Shown here piece by piece: positions 37,918 to 48,216 of a DNA stretch of 64,000 bases. Below the pieces are notes generated by a model that was not told where the DNA came from, did no database searches, and saw only the letters and a program-made list of their open reading frames with translations. Each line of letters begins with the position of its first letter. The stretch's first letter is position 1. A program made the translations under genes and the position numbers. The DNA comes from Acholeplasma sp. (lineage in GTDB: Bacteria; Bacillota_I; Bacilli_A; Acholeplasmatales; UBA5453), in the NCBI GenBank assembly GCA_036677365.1, contig JAVBWN010000021.1, positions 1 to 64,000 of the forward strand, read 5' to 3'.

Positions 37918-40521
37918 ATGAGATACATGACGGCAGACGAAATTAGACAAACCTGGCTACGATTTTTTGAATCGAAAGGCCACAAAATTGAACCATCCGC
38001 ATCCCTAGTGCCGATGGGTGACAAAACACTATTATGGATCAACGCTGGGGTCGCCCCACTCAAAAAATATTTTGATGGGTCTGCGATGCCACCCAACCCA
38101 CGTTTGACCAATATCCAAAAGTGCATCCGCACCAACGATATTGATAACGTAGGTAGAACGGCGAGACACCATACCTTCTTTGAAATGCTCGGAAACTTTT
38201 CCATTGGGGATTATTTTAAGCCTGAAGCGATTGAATTTGGCTTTGAACTGCTCACCAGTGAACAGTATTTTGGCTTCCCAAAAGAAAAACTATACATGAC
38301 CTATTATCCAGACGATTTCGTTGCGAGAGACAAATGGATTTCTTTAGGCGTCGACCCAACCCATTTGATTCCGCTTGAATCGAATTTCTGGGAAATTGGT
38401 GAAGGTCCGTCAGGACCAGACACCGAAATATATTTTGACCGCGGTGAACAATACGATTTACGTGGATCAGAATTGATTGCGAATGACATAGAAAATGAAC
38501 GTTTCATCGAAATATGGAACATTGTTTTCTCACAATATAACGCAAAACCGGGCACACCAAGAAAAGATTATAAAGAATTACCAAATAAAAACATCGATAC
38601 AGGTGCAGGTCTTGAACGTTTCGCTTGCGTCATTCAAGGGACTAAGACCAATTTTGAAACCGACCTATTTATGCCAATCATCCAACATACCGAAAAATTA
38701 TCGGGTGTGACTTATACCGGTCAAATGGCATTTAAAGTCATCGCTGACCATGTGAAGACATTGTCAATGGCGATTGCTGATGGGGCGATTCTATCCAATG
38801 AGGGTAGAGGTTATGTTTTAAGAAGATTGTTAAGACGTGCCACCAAATATGGTAAGAAACTCGGTCTACAAGAAGCCTTCTTACACTTACTTGTGGATGA
38901 TGTCATCCAAATTATGGGCCATTTCTATACCAATGTCAAAGACAATGAAAAAATGGTAAAACGCGTCATTTTGGCTGAAGAAAACAAATTCTTAGAAACC
39001 TTGGCTTCTGGTGAAAAACATTTATTAGAAGCCTTAGAAGGTGTATCTGAACTAAGAAAAGAAGATGCTTTTAAATTGTATGATACCTATGGGTTTCCAA
39101 TTGAACTCACGTTAGAATTGTCTGAAGAATTGGGTAAAACGGTCGATCTTGAAGGTTTCAAAGCATTGATGGAAAAACAAAAAGAATTGTCCAGAGCGAA
39201 CCGTAACGCTGAAAATTCCATGAAGTCTCAAGAAGCGGAATTCTTGTCCTTTAAAACGCCTAGCGTATTTATTGGATATGATACGCTATCTTCTAGAAGT
39301 GAGGTCATCAAATCATTCCCTCAAGGGGTTGTTTTAGACAAGACCCCATTCTACGCAACCATGGGTGGACAAGTGGCTGATCACGGGACCATCAATGGTT
39401 ATCCAGTCAAAGATGTGGTCAAATTACCTAACGGACAAACACTCCATGTGATGGATGAATCCTTTGATGAAGGCGAAATGGTTGTTTGTGAAGTCGACTC
39501 AGCGAATCGTACAAAAATCCTAAAGAACCACTCAGCAGCACACTTATTCCACAAAGCATTAAAAGTGACTTTAGGTAACCACTCCAACCAACAAGGGTCA
39601 CAAGTCAGTGAACAAACCATGCGTTTTGACTTCAATAACTATGAAGCCCTAACCGTCGAGGAATTACTGAAAATAGAAGCCATCGTCAATGAAGCCATTT
39701 TAAAAGATTACCCTGTAGATACCATCGAAATGCCACTTGAAGAGGCCAAAGCCATGGGTGCGATGGCACTGTTTGGTGAAAAATACCATGACATCGTACG
39801 TGTCGTCAATATCGGTAATTATTCGATTGAACTTTGTGGGGGTACCCATGTGAAACGTACAAGTGACATTGAACGTTTCGCCATCACATCTTACGAATCG
39901 ATTGGTTCGGGGATTTATCGTGTTGAAGCGGTCACGGGCAAGCATTTAGAATCCGATATGGTATATGCCTTAAAGCCATTTGAAGCAGAAATCGATACAC
40001 TCAAACAAAAAGAAGAACGTTTGGTGGCTGAATTGAAACAAATCGATGCTAAATTTAGGGTAGATTCCCCAAACAGAAGTCGTTTGATTGGGTCATACAA
40101 TGACATCATCGCCCTCAGAAAATACATTGAAGTGCTTAAAGAACACAACAAGAATCTTGAAAAACAATTGCTACAAATGAAACAAAAACAGGCTTTATCT
40201 AATCTCGATAGGTACATTCAATCCGACAGTAAATATCAAATCATTCTTGAAAAGAATTTAGATAAAGATATTCAAAAGCAACTCGTCGATGCAATCTATG
40301 ATAAAATAAAAGCGGAAGTGGTATGTTTGATCAATGAAACCGATGAAAAACTCCTCTTCTTATGCAAAACAAATCAAGTAGATGCGAAAGCGATGATTCA
40401 AAAAGCAGCGGCTGTTTCGAATGGTTCTGGTGGGGGTAAACCTGACTTTGCTCAAGGTGGTACCGCAGATAAATCGAAACTAGATGCCATCGTAGCATCT
40501 TTCAAGGAGTGGTTTAATTGA
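37918..40521 (+). CDS. alaS: Alanine-tRNA ligase
   Basis: GGAGG RBS before ATG 37918; INAGVAPLK, RHHTFFEMLGNFS, IDTGAGLER, HSAAH, ELCGGTHV, GGGKPDFAQGG. Confidence 0.98.
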   Translation: MRYMTADEIRQTWLRFFESKGHKIEPSASLVPMGDKTLLWINAGVAPLKKYFDGSAMPPNPRLTNIQKCIRTNDIDNVGRTARHHTFFEMLGNFSIGDYFKPEAIEFGFELLTSEQYFGFPKEKLYMTYYPDDFVARDKWISLGVDPTHLIPLESNFWEIGEGPSGPDTEIYFDRGEQYDLRGSELIANDIENERFIEIWNIVFSQYNAKPGTPRKDYKELPNKNIDTGAGLERFACVIQGTKTNFETDLFMPIIQHTEKLSGVTYTGQMAFKVIADHVKTLSMAIADGAILSNEGRGYVLRRLLRRATKYGKKLGLQEAFLHLLVDDVIQIMGHFYTNVKDNEKMVKRVILAEENKFLETLASGEKHLLEALEGVSELRKEDAFKLYDTYGFPIELTLELSEELGKTVDLEGFKALMEKQKELSRANRNAENSMKSQEAEFLSFKTPSVFIGYDTLSSRSEVIKSFPQGVVLDKTPFYATMGGQVADHGTINGYPVKDVVKLPNGQTLHVMDESFDEGEMVVCEVDSANRTKILKNHSAAHLFHKALKVTLGNHSNQQGSQVSEQTMRFDFNNYEALTVEELLKIEAIVNEAILKDYPVDTIEMPLEEAKAMGAMALFGEKYHDIVRVVNIGNYSIELCGGTHVKRTSDIERFAITSYESIGSGIYRVEAVTGKHLESDMVYALKPFEAEIDTLKQKEERLVAELKQIDAKFRVDSPNRSRLIGSYNDIIALRKYIEVLKEHNKNLEKQLLQMKQKQALSNLDRYIQSDSKYQIILEKNLDKDIQKQLVDAIYDKIKAEVVCLINETDEKLLFLCKTNQVDAKAMIQKAAAVSNGSGGGKPDFAQGGTADKSKLDAIVASFKEWFN

Positions 40522-40934
40522 TTTACATCGGTCTAGATTTAGGGGAGAAAACCCTGGGCATTTCAAGGAGTGATTCAGGCATTTTTTCAACCCCGATTGG
40601 GACCCATCGTTTCTTTGAAAACCATTATGAAGACGCTGCGAATTACATTTCGAAATACATCAATGAAGAAGGTGTCGATGTCGTTGTCTTGGGTTATCCA
40701 AAGCACATGAATGATGACATTGGGATCCGTGCTCAAGTCAGTGAATCCTTTAAAGCGATGATTGAGTCCAAGACCAAGGCGAAAGTCGTATTGTGGGACG
40801 AACGCTTATCGACATTTGAAGCTTTGTCACTCATGACTGAAATGGGCATCAAAAAAGACAAACAAAGACAAAAGAAGGATGAATTAGCAGCGCTCATCAT
40901 TCTCCAAAGTTATTTGAACCGAAAAGGAGATTAA
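40518..40934 (+). CDS. ruvX: YqgF/RuvX pre-16S rRNA nuclease
   Basis: GLDLGEKTLGIS.SD, VLGYP, WDERLST, D..AA.IILQSYL. Confidence 0.92.
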   Translation: MIYIGLDLGEKTLGISRSDSGIFSTPIGTHRFFENHYEDAANYISKYINEEGVDVVVLGYPKHMNDDIGIRAQVSESFKAMIESKTKAKVVLWDERLSTFEALSLMTEMGIKKDKQRQKKDELAALIILQSYLNRKGD

Positions 40935-40935
40935 T

Positions 40936-41226
40936 ATGGAAGATAACAAACTCACCATCATTTATGATGGCGAAGAAGTGATGGCAGACATTCTGTTTAC
41001 CCATTACTCTGAACAAACTGAAAAGAATTACGTGGTATTTCAATTTTCCGACCGCGAAGAAATCAGCGCGGCTGTATTCGTTGAGACCGAGAATGGCGAA
41101 GGCTATTTCGAGGATGTGCAAACTGACGAAGAATGGGAAATGCTTGATGAGTTATTAGAAAACTACTTAGGTGATGACCAGGATGACGAAGAAGCACAAG
41201 ACGAAGACGAATCTGACGAAGATTAA
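40936..41226 (+). CDS. DUF1292 (YrzB-like) protein
   Basis: ILFT......KNYV, DEEWEM..E; acidic; conserved position after ruvX. Confidence 0.85.
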   Translation: MEDNKLTIIYDGEEVMADILFTHYSEQTEKNYVVFQFSDREEISAAVFVETENGEGYFEDVQTDEEWEMLDELLENYLGDDQDDEEAQDEDESDED

Positions 41227-41788
41227 TGAACTCAAACTAAAAGCCCAATCCTTAAAAGTACCAATCCTATCTGACGATGGGCTTTTATTTTTGGTAGAGA
41301 CCCTCGAAAAGCACCAGGTAAAAACCGTTTTAGAAATCGGTTCGGCGGTGGGTTACAGCGCATTGGCCATGACCATCCACGCAGGTGTTAAAGTCACAAC
41401 CATCGAGCGCGAACCAGAGTTACACGCACTCGCAAGAAAAAACGTCCTAAGTTTTGATTTATCAGATGAAGTCACTTTACTTTTCGGTGACGCTTTAGAC
41501 ATAGAATTGGATCCATCGAGTCGTTTTGACGCCATTTTTATCGATGCTGCGAAGGCACAATATGAAAAATTCTTTACCAAATTTGAACCCTACTTAAACG
41601 TGGGGGGAATCATCATCACAGATAATTTGAATTTTCACAATGTCGATCTAGATACCGTTTCTAGAGGCACCAAAAATTTAGTCAAAAGACTGGAATCATT
41701 CAAGCAATTTTTAAAAGACCATACAGATTATGAAAGTGAATTGTTCGATATCGGTGACGGTATGAGCATTTCAAAAAGGATCCAATGA
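41171..41788 (+). CDS. trmR: O-methyltransferase, YrrM/TrmR-like (tRNA 5-hydroxyuridine methyltransferase)
   Basis: VPI, LEIGSAVGYS, TIERE, FIDAAKAQY, GG.I.TDN, GDG; next to two U32 genes. Start codon uncertain. Confidence 0.8.
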   Translation: MMTRMTKKHKTKTNLTKINELKLKAQSLKVPILSDDGLLFLVETLEKHQVKTVLEIGSAVGYSALAMTIHAGVKVTTIEREPELHALARKNVLSFDLSDEVTLLFGDALDIELDPSSRFDAIFIDAAKAQYEKFFTKFEPYLNVGGIIITDNLNFHNVDLDTVSRGTKNLVKRLESFKQFLKDHTDYESELFDIGDGMSISKRIQ

Positions 41789-42678
41789 TGAAAAAACTCG
41801 TAACACTATTTAAAATAGAATCCATCCCGTTGTTATCGCCTTGGGTCGATGGGTTTATCCTTGGGCAAAATGGCGTATCTACGCGATTGACACGTAGTTT
41901 TACCACCAAGGAAATCATCGAAGCATCGAAACAAATGAAATCTTTGAATAAAGATTGTTTTGTCATCATGAATCGCATTCTACACGATTTTGATGCAAGT
42001 CGTTATCAAACGTTCATTGAAACTGTGGATAGTGAAGCCATCACAGGCTACATCGTAGGTGATATTGGGGTATTGTCGATTGGGAAAACGTTGGGTATCG
42101 CACATAAAATGGTCTACAATCCAGAAACCCTCATCACGAATGTATTTGATGCCCATTTTTATCATAGTTTGGGTATTAAAGGGGTGTATTTAGCCAAAGA
42201 AATCACACTTGATGACATCGTTACCATTGGTCAAAACCGCCCATACAGTTTATTCGCTTATGGTCATGGGTATTTAAATATGTTTTATTCAAAACGTCAA
42301 CTGATTGAAGCCTATTTTGAAAATAAGCATCAATCCAATGATTTCCACGATGCGAGAAATCTATCCGTTGTAGAAGAAAAAAGGCCTGAGTATAAATACC
42401 CGATTCTGGAAGATGAGGCGGGTACTCACGTGTTTAGAAATCACGTATTTGCCAGTTTGAATCACTTAAAAACACTCGCTCAATCGATCGATTATTTGGT
42501 TTTCGACACGGTATTTCATGACGATACCTATGCTTTAGATGTCTTAAAAATATACAGTGAAGCAGCCCAATTAATGGATGCACAGGTGATTGAACTTCAA
42601 AAAAAATACCATGAAGTTTGGGACGAAGGGTTCTTCTTTAAAAAGACCGTCTACAAACCGAAGAAGGTGGAATTATGA
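41785..42678 (+). CDS. Peptidase U32 family protein (YrrN/TrhP1-like tRNA hydroxylation subunit)
   Basis: YNPETLITN, LAKEITL, HG...MFYSKR.L, EE.R....YPI.ED..GTH. Confidence 0.85.
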   Translation: MMKKLVTLFKIESIPLLSPWVDGFILGQNGVSTRLTRSFTTKEIIEASKQMKSLNKDCFVIMNRILHDFDASRYQTFIETVDSEAITGYIVGDIGVLSIGKTLGIAHKMVYNPETLITNVFDAHFYHSLGIKGVYLAKEITLDDIVTIGQNRPYSLFAYGHGYLNMFYSKRQLIEAYFENKHQSNDFHDARNLSVVEEKRPEYKYPILEDEAGTHVFRNHVFASLNHLKTLAQSIDYLVFDTVFHDDTYALDVLKIYSEAAQLMDAQVIELQKKYHEVWDEGFFFKKTVYKPKKVEL

Positions 42679-43871
42679 CCGAATTGCTCGCCCCTGCGGG
42701 GGATTTAGAAAAATTAAAAATCGCCATATTGTATGGCGCGGATGCTGTATTCATTGGCGGCATGGAGTTTAGCCTTCGCGCACGCGCATCCAATTTTACG
42801 TTGGATAATATCAAAGAAGGTGCAGATTTTTGTCATCAATATGGTAAAAAACTGTACGTAACCACCAACATTATTCCACACAATGACAACATGGACGCTT
42901 TGATTGAATACCTCAAAGGCCTCGAACAGGCGGGGGTGGATGCCATCATTGCAGCCTCACCTTACATCGTAGAAACAGCCAAAAAACATACCCAAATCCC
43001 TGTCCATATCTCTACCCAGCAATCGGTGGTGAATGGCCACGCGGTGCGATTTTGGAAAGATTTAGGGGCAGAGCGTGTCGTTCTCGGTAGAGAGCTTGAC
43101 ATCGATGAAATTAAAGCGATCACAGCCGATTCTGAGGTTGAAATTGAAGTGTTTATTCATGGTGGTATGTGTGCTTCCTATTCGGGCAGATGCACCTTAT
43201 CCAACAACATGACTGACCGCGATGCCAACCGAGGTGGTTGTGCCCACAGTTGTCGTTGGAATTACGATTTATATGCCGATGACACCTTGATTTCAGATGA
43301 AAAAATGCCATTTTCGATGAGTTCAAAAGACTTACAGACCCTCGCATATATCCCTAAGCTCATCGATGCCAAAGTTTCATCACTTAAAATTGAAGGCCGT
43401 ATGAAGTCCATCCACTATATCGCTACTGTCGTAAGAAGTTATCGTTTATTGATGGATGAGTATATCCAAACGGGCCAAATTAAAGACATAGCGATTTATG
43501 AAAAGGAAATCCGTAAAGCTGAAAACCGATTAACCTCCTATGGGTTTTTAGGTGGAATGCCAAAAGCGGAACAACAACTTTATAACTTAAGAAGTGAAGA
43601 ACCGACCAAAGAGTTTCTAGGCTTGGTCGTCGATTATGACCCCAATTCTAAAATCGCGACCATTGAACAGAGAAACCATTTCATCCCAGGTGAATTGGTT
43701 GAACTCGTTGGACCCAAATACCAACAAAGCTTTGTGATGGGAGAGATACGTGATGTGTCAGGACAAGTCTTAGATGCAGCAAGACACCCGAAACAAATCC
43801 TTAAAATCCACATCCCATTTGAAGTAAAACCCTATGACATGCTCAGAAAGGTTTTAACCGATGAAAATTGA
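42675..43871 (+). CDS. Peptidase U32 family protein (YrrO/TrhP2-like)
   Basis: ELLAPAG, YGADAVF.GG, H.STQ, HGGMC.SYSGRC.LS, RDANRGGC..SCR, SLKIEGRMK. Confidence 0.92.
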   Translation: MTELLAPAGDLEKLKIAILYGADAVFIGGMEFSLRARASNFTLDNIKEGADFCHQYGKKLYVTTNIIPHNDNMDALIEYLKGLEQAGVDAIIAASPYIVETAKKHTQIPVHISTQQSVVNGHAVRFWKDLGAERVVLGRELDIDEIKAITADSEVEIEVFIHGGMCASYSGRCTLSNNMTDRDANRGGCAHSCRWNYDLYADDTLISDEKMPFSMSSKDLQTLAYIPKLIDAKVSSLKIEGRMKSIHYIATVVRSYRLLMDEYIQTGQIKDIAIYEKEIRKAENRLTSYGFLGGMPKAEQQLYNLRSEEPTKEFLGLVVDYDPNSKIATIEQRNHFIPGELVELVGPKYQQSFVMGEIRDVSGQVLDAARHPKQILKIHIPFEVKPYDMLRKVLTDEN

Positions 43872-44514
43872 GAAGTCTGGAAAAGTACTCGAGTATATCA
43901 TCATACCAAAACCCATAAAAAATGCGTATTTTCGAGTTAAAAATCATCAAATTGTCGTCACGAAAGGGCCGCGTATCCCGCTTCAAGTCATTGAAAAAAG
44001 ACTTTTTGACAATTTCGATCAATTTCATCAACTGACTCAAAAAGCAACCGTAAACTACGATACTTTGATGTTGTTTGGACAAAACTACCCATTGGTCATT
44101 CAAACAGGACAAATGTTTTCTTATACCATTGGTGATGTCATCACAATCACTCTTAAAGACCATAATGACATCGACCGAGCCATTCAAACCCTCTATGGCC
44201 ATGAACTTAAAAAACAGTTGGATGCCTTAACCCCCTGGCTCATCGAGGCACTCAAACCATTTCATTTGTCACCTTTACCAACCAAAATCAAGTATTTAAG
44301 ATCGAAGTTTGGCAGCTGTCATACACGTAAAAAAGAAATTACGATGAATGCCTATTTAGCCAAAATCGATGTCATCTTTACCAAGTATGTACTGCTTCAT
44401 GAATATGCACATTTATTGGTCCCTAACCATCAAAAACCATTTTATGATGTGTTGGATTTGATGATGCCCGGCCATCGTGCAATTCAAAAAGCGCTTCGAA
44501 AACACCATATATAA
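43861..44514 (+). CDS. YgjP/DUF45-like zinc-dependent protein
   Basis: S.FGSC, YVLLHEYAHL..PNH...FY. Confidence 0.85.
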   Translation: MKIEKSGKVLEYIIIPKPIKNAYFRVKNHQIVVTKGPRIPLQVIEKRLFDNFDQFHQLTQKATVNYDTLMLFGQNYPLVIQTGQMFSYTIGDVITITLKDHNDIDRAIQTLYGHELKKQLDALTPWLIEALKPFHLSPLPTKIKYLRSKFGSCHTRKKEITMNAYLAKIDVIFTKYVLLHEYAHLLVPNHQKPFYDVLDLMMPGHRAIQKALRKHHI

Positions 44515-44573
44515 CTATCTAATTTTAAAAAATTAGTGTATAATTAGAGATTGTAAAAACAAGGAGTGATTTT

Positions 44574-45050
44574 ATGGCAAAAAATAAACAGGTTTTTGAA
44601 CTCACACAAGAAGGGGTAGATCAACTCAGAAGTGAACTATCTTACTTAAAAGATGTCAAAAGACCAGAAAACGTCATCGCTTTACAAGAAGCACGTGCTC
44701 AAGGCGACTTATCTGAAAACGCCGATTATGACGCAGCGAGAGACGAACAAGCAAGAATTGAAGCTCGCATCAAAGAAATTGAAAATATCCTAGAAAACTT
44801 CAAGCTCATTAGAGCATCCAACGATAATAAAGTGACCACCGGTAAAACCGTTGTATTACATTTCGTCGAGAAGAACAAAACCGCTGAATACCAATTGGTT
44901 GGTACGATTGAAGCGAACCCAATGCTCAATAAGATTTCTACCGATTCACCAGTAGGTAAAGCCATTCAAGGGACCATTGAAGGCGACACGGTTGAAGTAC
45001 ATCTAGAAACCGGCAAAACGTTCCACATTCAAATCGTTGAAGTCAAATAG
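44574..45050 (+). CDS. greA: Transcription elongation factor GreA
   Basis: EARAQGDLSENADYDAA, IS.DSPVGKA. Confidence 0.97.
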   Translation: MAKNKQVFELTQEGVDQLRSELSYLKDVKRPENVIALQEARAQGDLSENADYDAARDEQARIEARIKEIENILENFKLIRASNDNKVTTGKTVVLHFVEKNKTAEYQLVGTIEANPMLNKISTDSPVGKAIQGTIEGDTVEVHLETGKTFHIQIVEVK

Positions 45051-45051
45051 T

Positions 45052-45612
45052 ATGAAGCAGGGGAAATATCTTAAATTTATCCCGAGCGAATATCAAAAAT
45101 CGGTGAAAAACATCGATTTTTTACACTTATTTAAGGCAGGTTTTCGCACAGCATTCATCGACATTGATAATACGTTGGTATCCTATAAAGAACACCACCT
45201 AACAGAGGCGTTGGTGTCGTTTTTAAAGGGCATCGAGTCGATCGGTTTTAAAGTTGTTTTAATTTCAAACAATAAACTTGAACGCATCCAAACATTTGTT
45301 GGCAACCATCCATACCCTTATGTTGCAAGCGCTAAAAAACCACTCAAACGGGGGTTTAGAAAAGGGATGTCCATGGTTGGAGAATCAGACCCTTCAAAAG
45401 TAGTCCACATTGGTGATCAATTGATGACCGATATCTTGGGTGGCAATCGCATGGGTTTTTATACGATTTTAGTCAGTGCAATCGAACGTAAAACTGACAT
45501 TCTTCCAACCCGTATCAACCGTAAGATGGAAGCATTCTTCATTAAAAAAGTAAAAAAACACCAAAAAGCTTTATACGAAAGTAGGTTACGTCCGTATGTT
45601 GAAACGTTGTAG
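45052..45612 (+). CDS. yqeG: YqeG family HAD IIIA phosphatase
   Basis: DIDNTLV, SNN, AKKP, IGDQLMTDILGGNR.G. Confidence 0.92.
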   Translation: MKQGKYLKFIPSEYQKSVKNIDFLHLFKAGFRTAFIDIDNTLVSYKEHHLTEALVSFLKGIESIGFKVVLISNNKLERIQTFVGNHPYPYVASAKKPLKRGFRKGMSMVGESDPSKVVHIGDQLMTDILGGNRMGFYTILVSAIERKTDILPTRINRKMEAFFIKKVKKHQKALYESRLRPYVETL

Positions 45613-46642
45613 TGGTTGTGGCGTCATCTTACAAGCGGTCAATGCCGAACAAGCTGGGTATGTCAAAGACATCGCCCATGACCTTTGTTTGGATTGTTTC
45701 AATCTCAAGCATTATTCAAAAGTCAACTCAGTGACCATCCATACCGGGGATATGCCACAAATCAAAGAGGAAGCTTTGATTGTTTATGTATTATCCATCA
45801 ACCACTTATCCTTAAGATTGAAATATCGATTGGATAGACATTTTCCGAATTCACCAGTCATCTTGGTAATCAACCACATCGATACATTGGAACCTTCTGT
45901 GAATCTCAATCGCATGATTCAACAAATCCGTCGCGAGGCCAATCGATTACAAATGAAGTTTGTCGATGTCATTCCGGTATCTGCCCTTCAAGATAAATAT
46001 GTCGATGTGCTCATCGAGTCGATCGGACACCATCAAAAAAATCGTAATGTCTATTTGGTTGGTTTTCAAAACAGTGGTAAATCGTTGTTATTTAAACGCA
46101 TAGCAAGCCATCTCAATTTGGAAACCACGGTACTGTCTGGTAAAAAACCAGGGTTGACTTTAGCCGATTTCGATATTCCATTTCAAGGGTGTCGTTTGGT
46201 CGATACCCCAGGGATTTATTTAAAAGGCTCCATCGCTTCATTCTTACCATATGAGTCTTATAAGGACTTAATCATCGAAACCCGTGTTAAGCCCAAAATT
46301 TACCAGTTAAATGAACGTCAAAGTTTGTATTTGGGTGGCATGTGTGCAGTCTCTTATTTAGAAGGTGGCTTTAAAGGCATTGCTTGTTATGCTTCACCAG
46401 CGATGCAAATCCACCGTACGAAATACGATGAAACTTATGAAAAGTTCCATCAAATGCAGCCTTCGATGAAACACACCATCGAAGGGGTTAAGTTTGTGAA
46501 AAATACATTTAGATTGGAACCCGATCAAGCCTATGAACTCGCTATTTCAGACATCGCGATGATCCACATCAAAGGCAAAGCTGCGATCGAAGTATACGCA
46601 CCAGATACGATGCGCATCGTTTTGGAGGAGGCCCTCTATTGA
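45596..46642 (+). CDS. yqeH: Ribosome biogenesis GTPase YqeH
   Basis: CSGCG...CLDC zinc finger; circularly permuted G motifs (NHID, VSA, GFQNSGKS, DTPG). Confidence 0.88.
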   Translation: MLKRCSGCGVILQAVNAEQAGYVKDIAHDLCLDCFNLKHYSKVNSVTIHTGDMPQIKEEALIVYVLSINHLSLRLKYRLDRHFPNSPVILVINHIDTLEPSVNLNRMIQQIRREANRLQMKFVDVIPVSALQDKYVDVLIESIGHHQKNRNVYLVGFQNSGKSLLFKRIASHLNLETTVLSGKKPGLTLADFDIPFQGCRLVDTPGIYLKGSIASFLPYESYKDLIIETRVKPKIYQLNERQSLYLGGMCAVSYLEGGFKGIACYASPAMQIHRTKYDETYEKFHQMQPSMKHTIEGVKFVKNTFRLEPDQAYELAISDIAMIHIKGKAAIEVYAPDTMRIVLEEALY

Positions 46643-47202
46643 ACCTCGTTGCATTGGTACAAGAAAAATTAAAGCACCATCCACACAGGTTTAACCACAT
46701 TTTAGGTGTGCATGAACGGGCCCTTGAGCTACAGGCGATTTATGGTGGAAATCGATCTGCGATTGAAACTGCAGCCCTCTTACATGACTATTTCAAATAT
46801 GACACGATAGAGGCTCAAATCGCTTGGATCAAAGACCCAAATGAAGTAGAAAAATATCGCAGTGTACCGGTCGCTTACCACGCCATCGCCGCTGCATATT
46901 ACGCTAAAGAGGCATTACAAATCGATGACCCGTTGGTATTTGAAGCCATATACCATCATATTTGGGGTAAAGTTGGCATGACTCTGGAAACGATGATCAT
47001 TTGTGTGGCGGATTTTTGTGAAAAAAATCGCAAATTTCACGGCGCGAAAACGGTCTATCAATTGGCATTGAATGATTTACAAAAAGCATTCATCCTCAGT
47101 TTAGAATATACCATTGAATATTTAAATGAAGACGGGTTGACCCCGTTTTATGAACAACTCGAAGTATTGAACTACTATAAGGAGACACCATGGCGTTATT
47201 AG
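46639..47202 (+). CDS. yqeK: HD-domain Ap4A hydrolase YqeK
   Basis: R..H..GV, LLHD..K, AI.HH..G, VAD..E..R.F. Confidence 0.88.
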   Translation: MNLVALVQEKLKHHPHRFNHILGVHERALELQAIYGGNRSAIETAALLHDYFKYDTIEAQIAWIKDPNEVEKYRSVPVAYHAIAAAYYAKEALQIDDPLVFEAIYHHIWGKVGMTLETMIICVADFCEKNRKFHGAKTVYQLALNDLQKAFILSLEYTIEYLNEDGLTPFYEQLEVLNYYKETPWRY

Positions 47203-47513
47203 AAAAAATCATTAAAACGATCGACATCGTTAAAGTCACAGAAGTAAAAGTATATGATATGGAAAAAAGCTCACCCTTTTTTGATTATGTCGTTATTGCC
47301 ACCGCGAACGAACGTCAATCCAATGCACTCATCCAATATTTAAAAGAATCGGTGGGGACCGAACAAATCCGCGGTTTTGAAGGTAAAACCGGTGGTTGGT
47401 TGTTGGTCGATATGGGTGAAGTCATCTTACACTTATTTTCCAAAGAAATGCGTGAATATTATGGGTTTGACAAGCGCTTGATGGGTTTAAAACAAATAGA
47501 AGTCAAGGCGTAA
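47190..47513 (+). CDS. rsfS: Ribosome silencing factor
   Basis: DYVVIAT..ERQ, EG....WLLVD.G.V..HLF....RE.Y. Confidence 0.92.
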   Translation: MALLEKIIKTIDIVKVTEVKVYDMEKSSPFFDYVVIATANERQSNALIQYLKESVGTEQIRGFEGKTGGWLLVDMGEVILHLFSKEMREYYGFDKRLMGLKQIEVKA

Positions 47514-47516
47514 ACC

Positions 47517-48161
47517 ATGTCTTTTCAAGATTTATATGTGCGCTTAATCGAAGATATCGATTATGAACCCATCATCGATTGGATAAAAAAAGAACTCAAA
47601 AACCACCAACGCATATTGGATGCTGGGTGTGGTTCAGGGGTGATTTTAATCCCACTCACCGCCTTAGGGTATGATGTGGTGGGTGTGGATATCGACACAA
47701 AAATGCTCGCGTATGCTCAACAAGCACTCATCGAGCAATCATTACCAGTAAAATTGTTTGAACATGACTTACGAAAACCACTGGGACAACGTTTTGATGT
47801 CATCTTACTTTTCAACGATGTCATGAATTACTTTAAAGGTGTGAAACAAGTCTTTAAGGTACTCAAACAAGCACTTAACCCATCTGGGGTCATCTTATTT
47901 GATGTCTATAAAAGCGAGTATTTATCGGTTATGGATGGGTATGTTGAAACAGAGACACAACCCTTTTATTACCGGTGGGAAGCTTCAGTCCAAGGTGCTG
48001 TTTTATCACACATCATCGAGGACCAAAGCGGGACATATGCAGTCAAACAACATGTTTACCCTTTGAATTACTACACAGAAGTATTGGAAAACTTAGGTTT
48101 TCATGTGCAAGTTTCTTTAGGACCAGATGAAAGAAAACACTATGTGAAAGCGAGTTTATAA
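47517..48161 (+). CDS. Class I SAM-dependent methyltransferase (YqeM-like)
   Basis: ILDAGCGSG, GVD....ML, D..NY, L.P.G...FD. Confidence 0.88.
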   Translation: MSFQDLYVRLIEDIDYEPIIDWIKKELKNHQRILDAGCGSGVILIPLTALGYDVVGVDIDTKMLAYAQQALIEQSLPVKLFEHDLRKPLGQRFDVILLFNDVMNYFKGVKQVFKVLKQALNPSGVILFDVYKSEYLSVMDGYVETETQPFYYRWEASVQGAVLSHIIEDQSGTYAVKQHVYPLNYYTEVLENLGFHVQVSLGPDERKHYVKASL

Positions 48162-48216
48162 CTCGTTTTTTCTTTTTTCAGGGGAGATTTTGGTATGTAT
48201 TGGTTGAGGTGTTATC

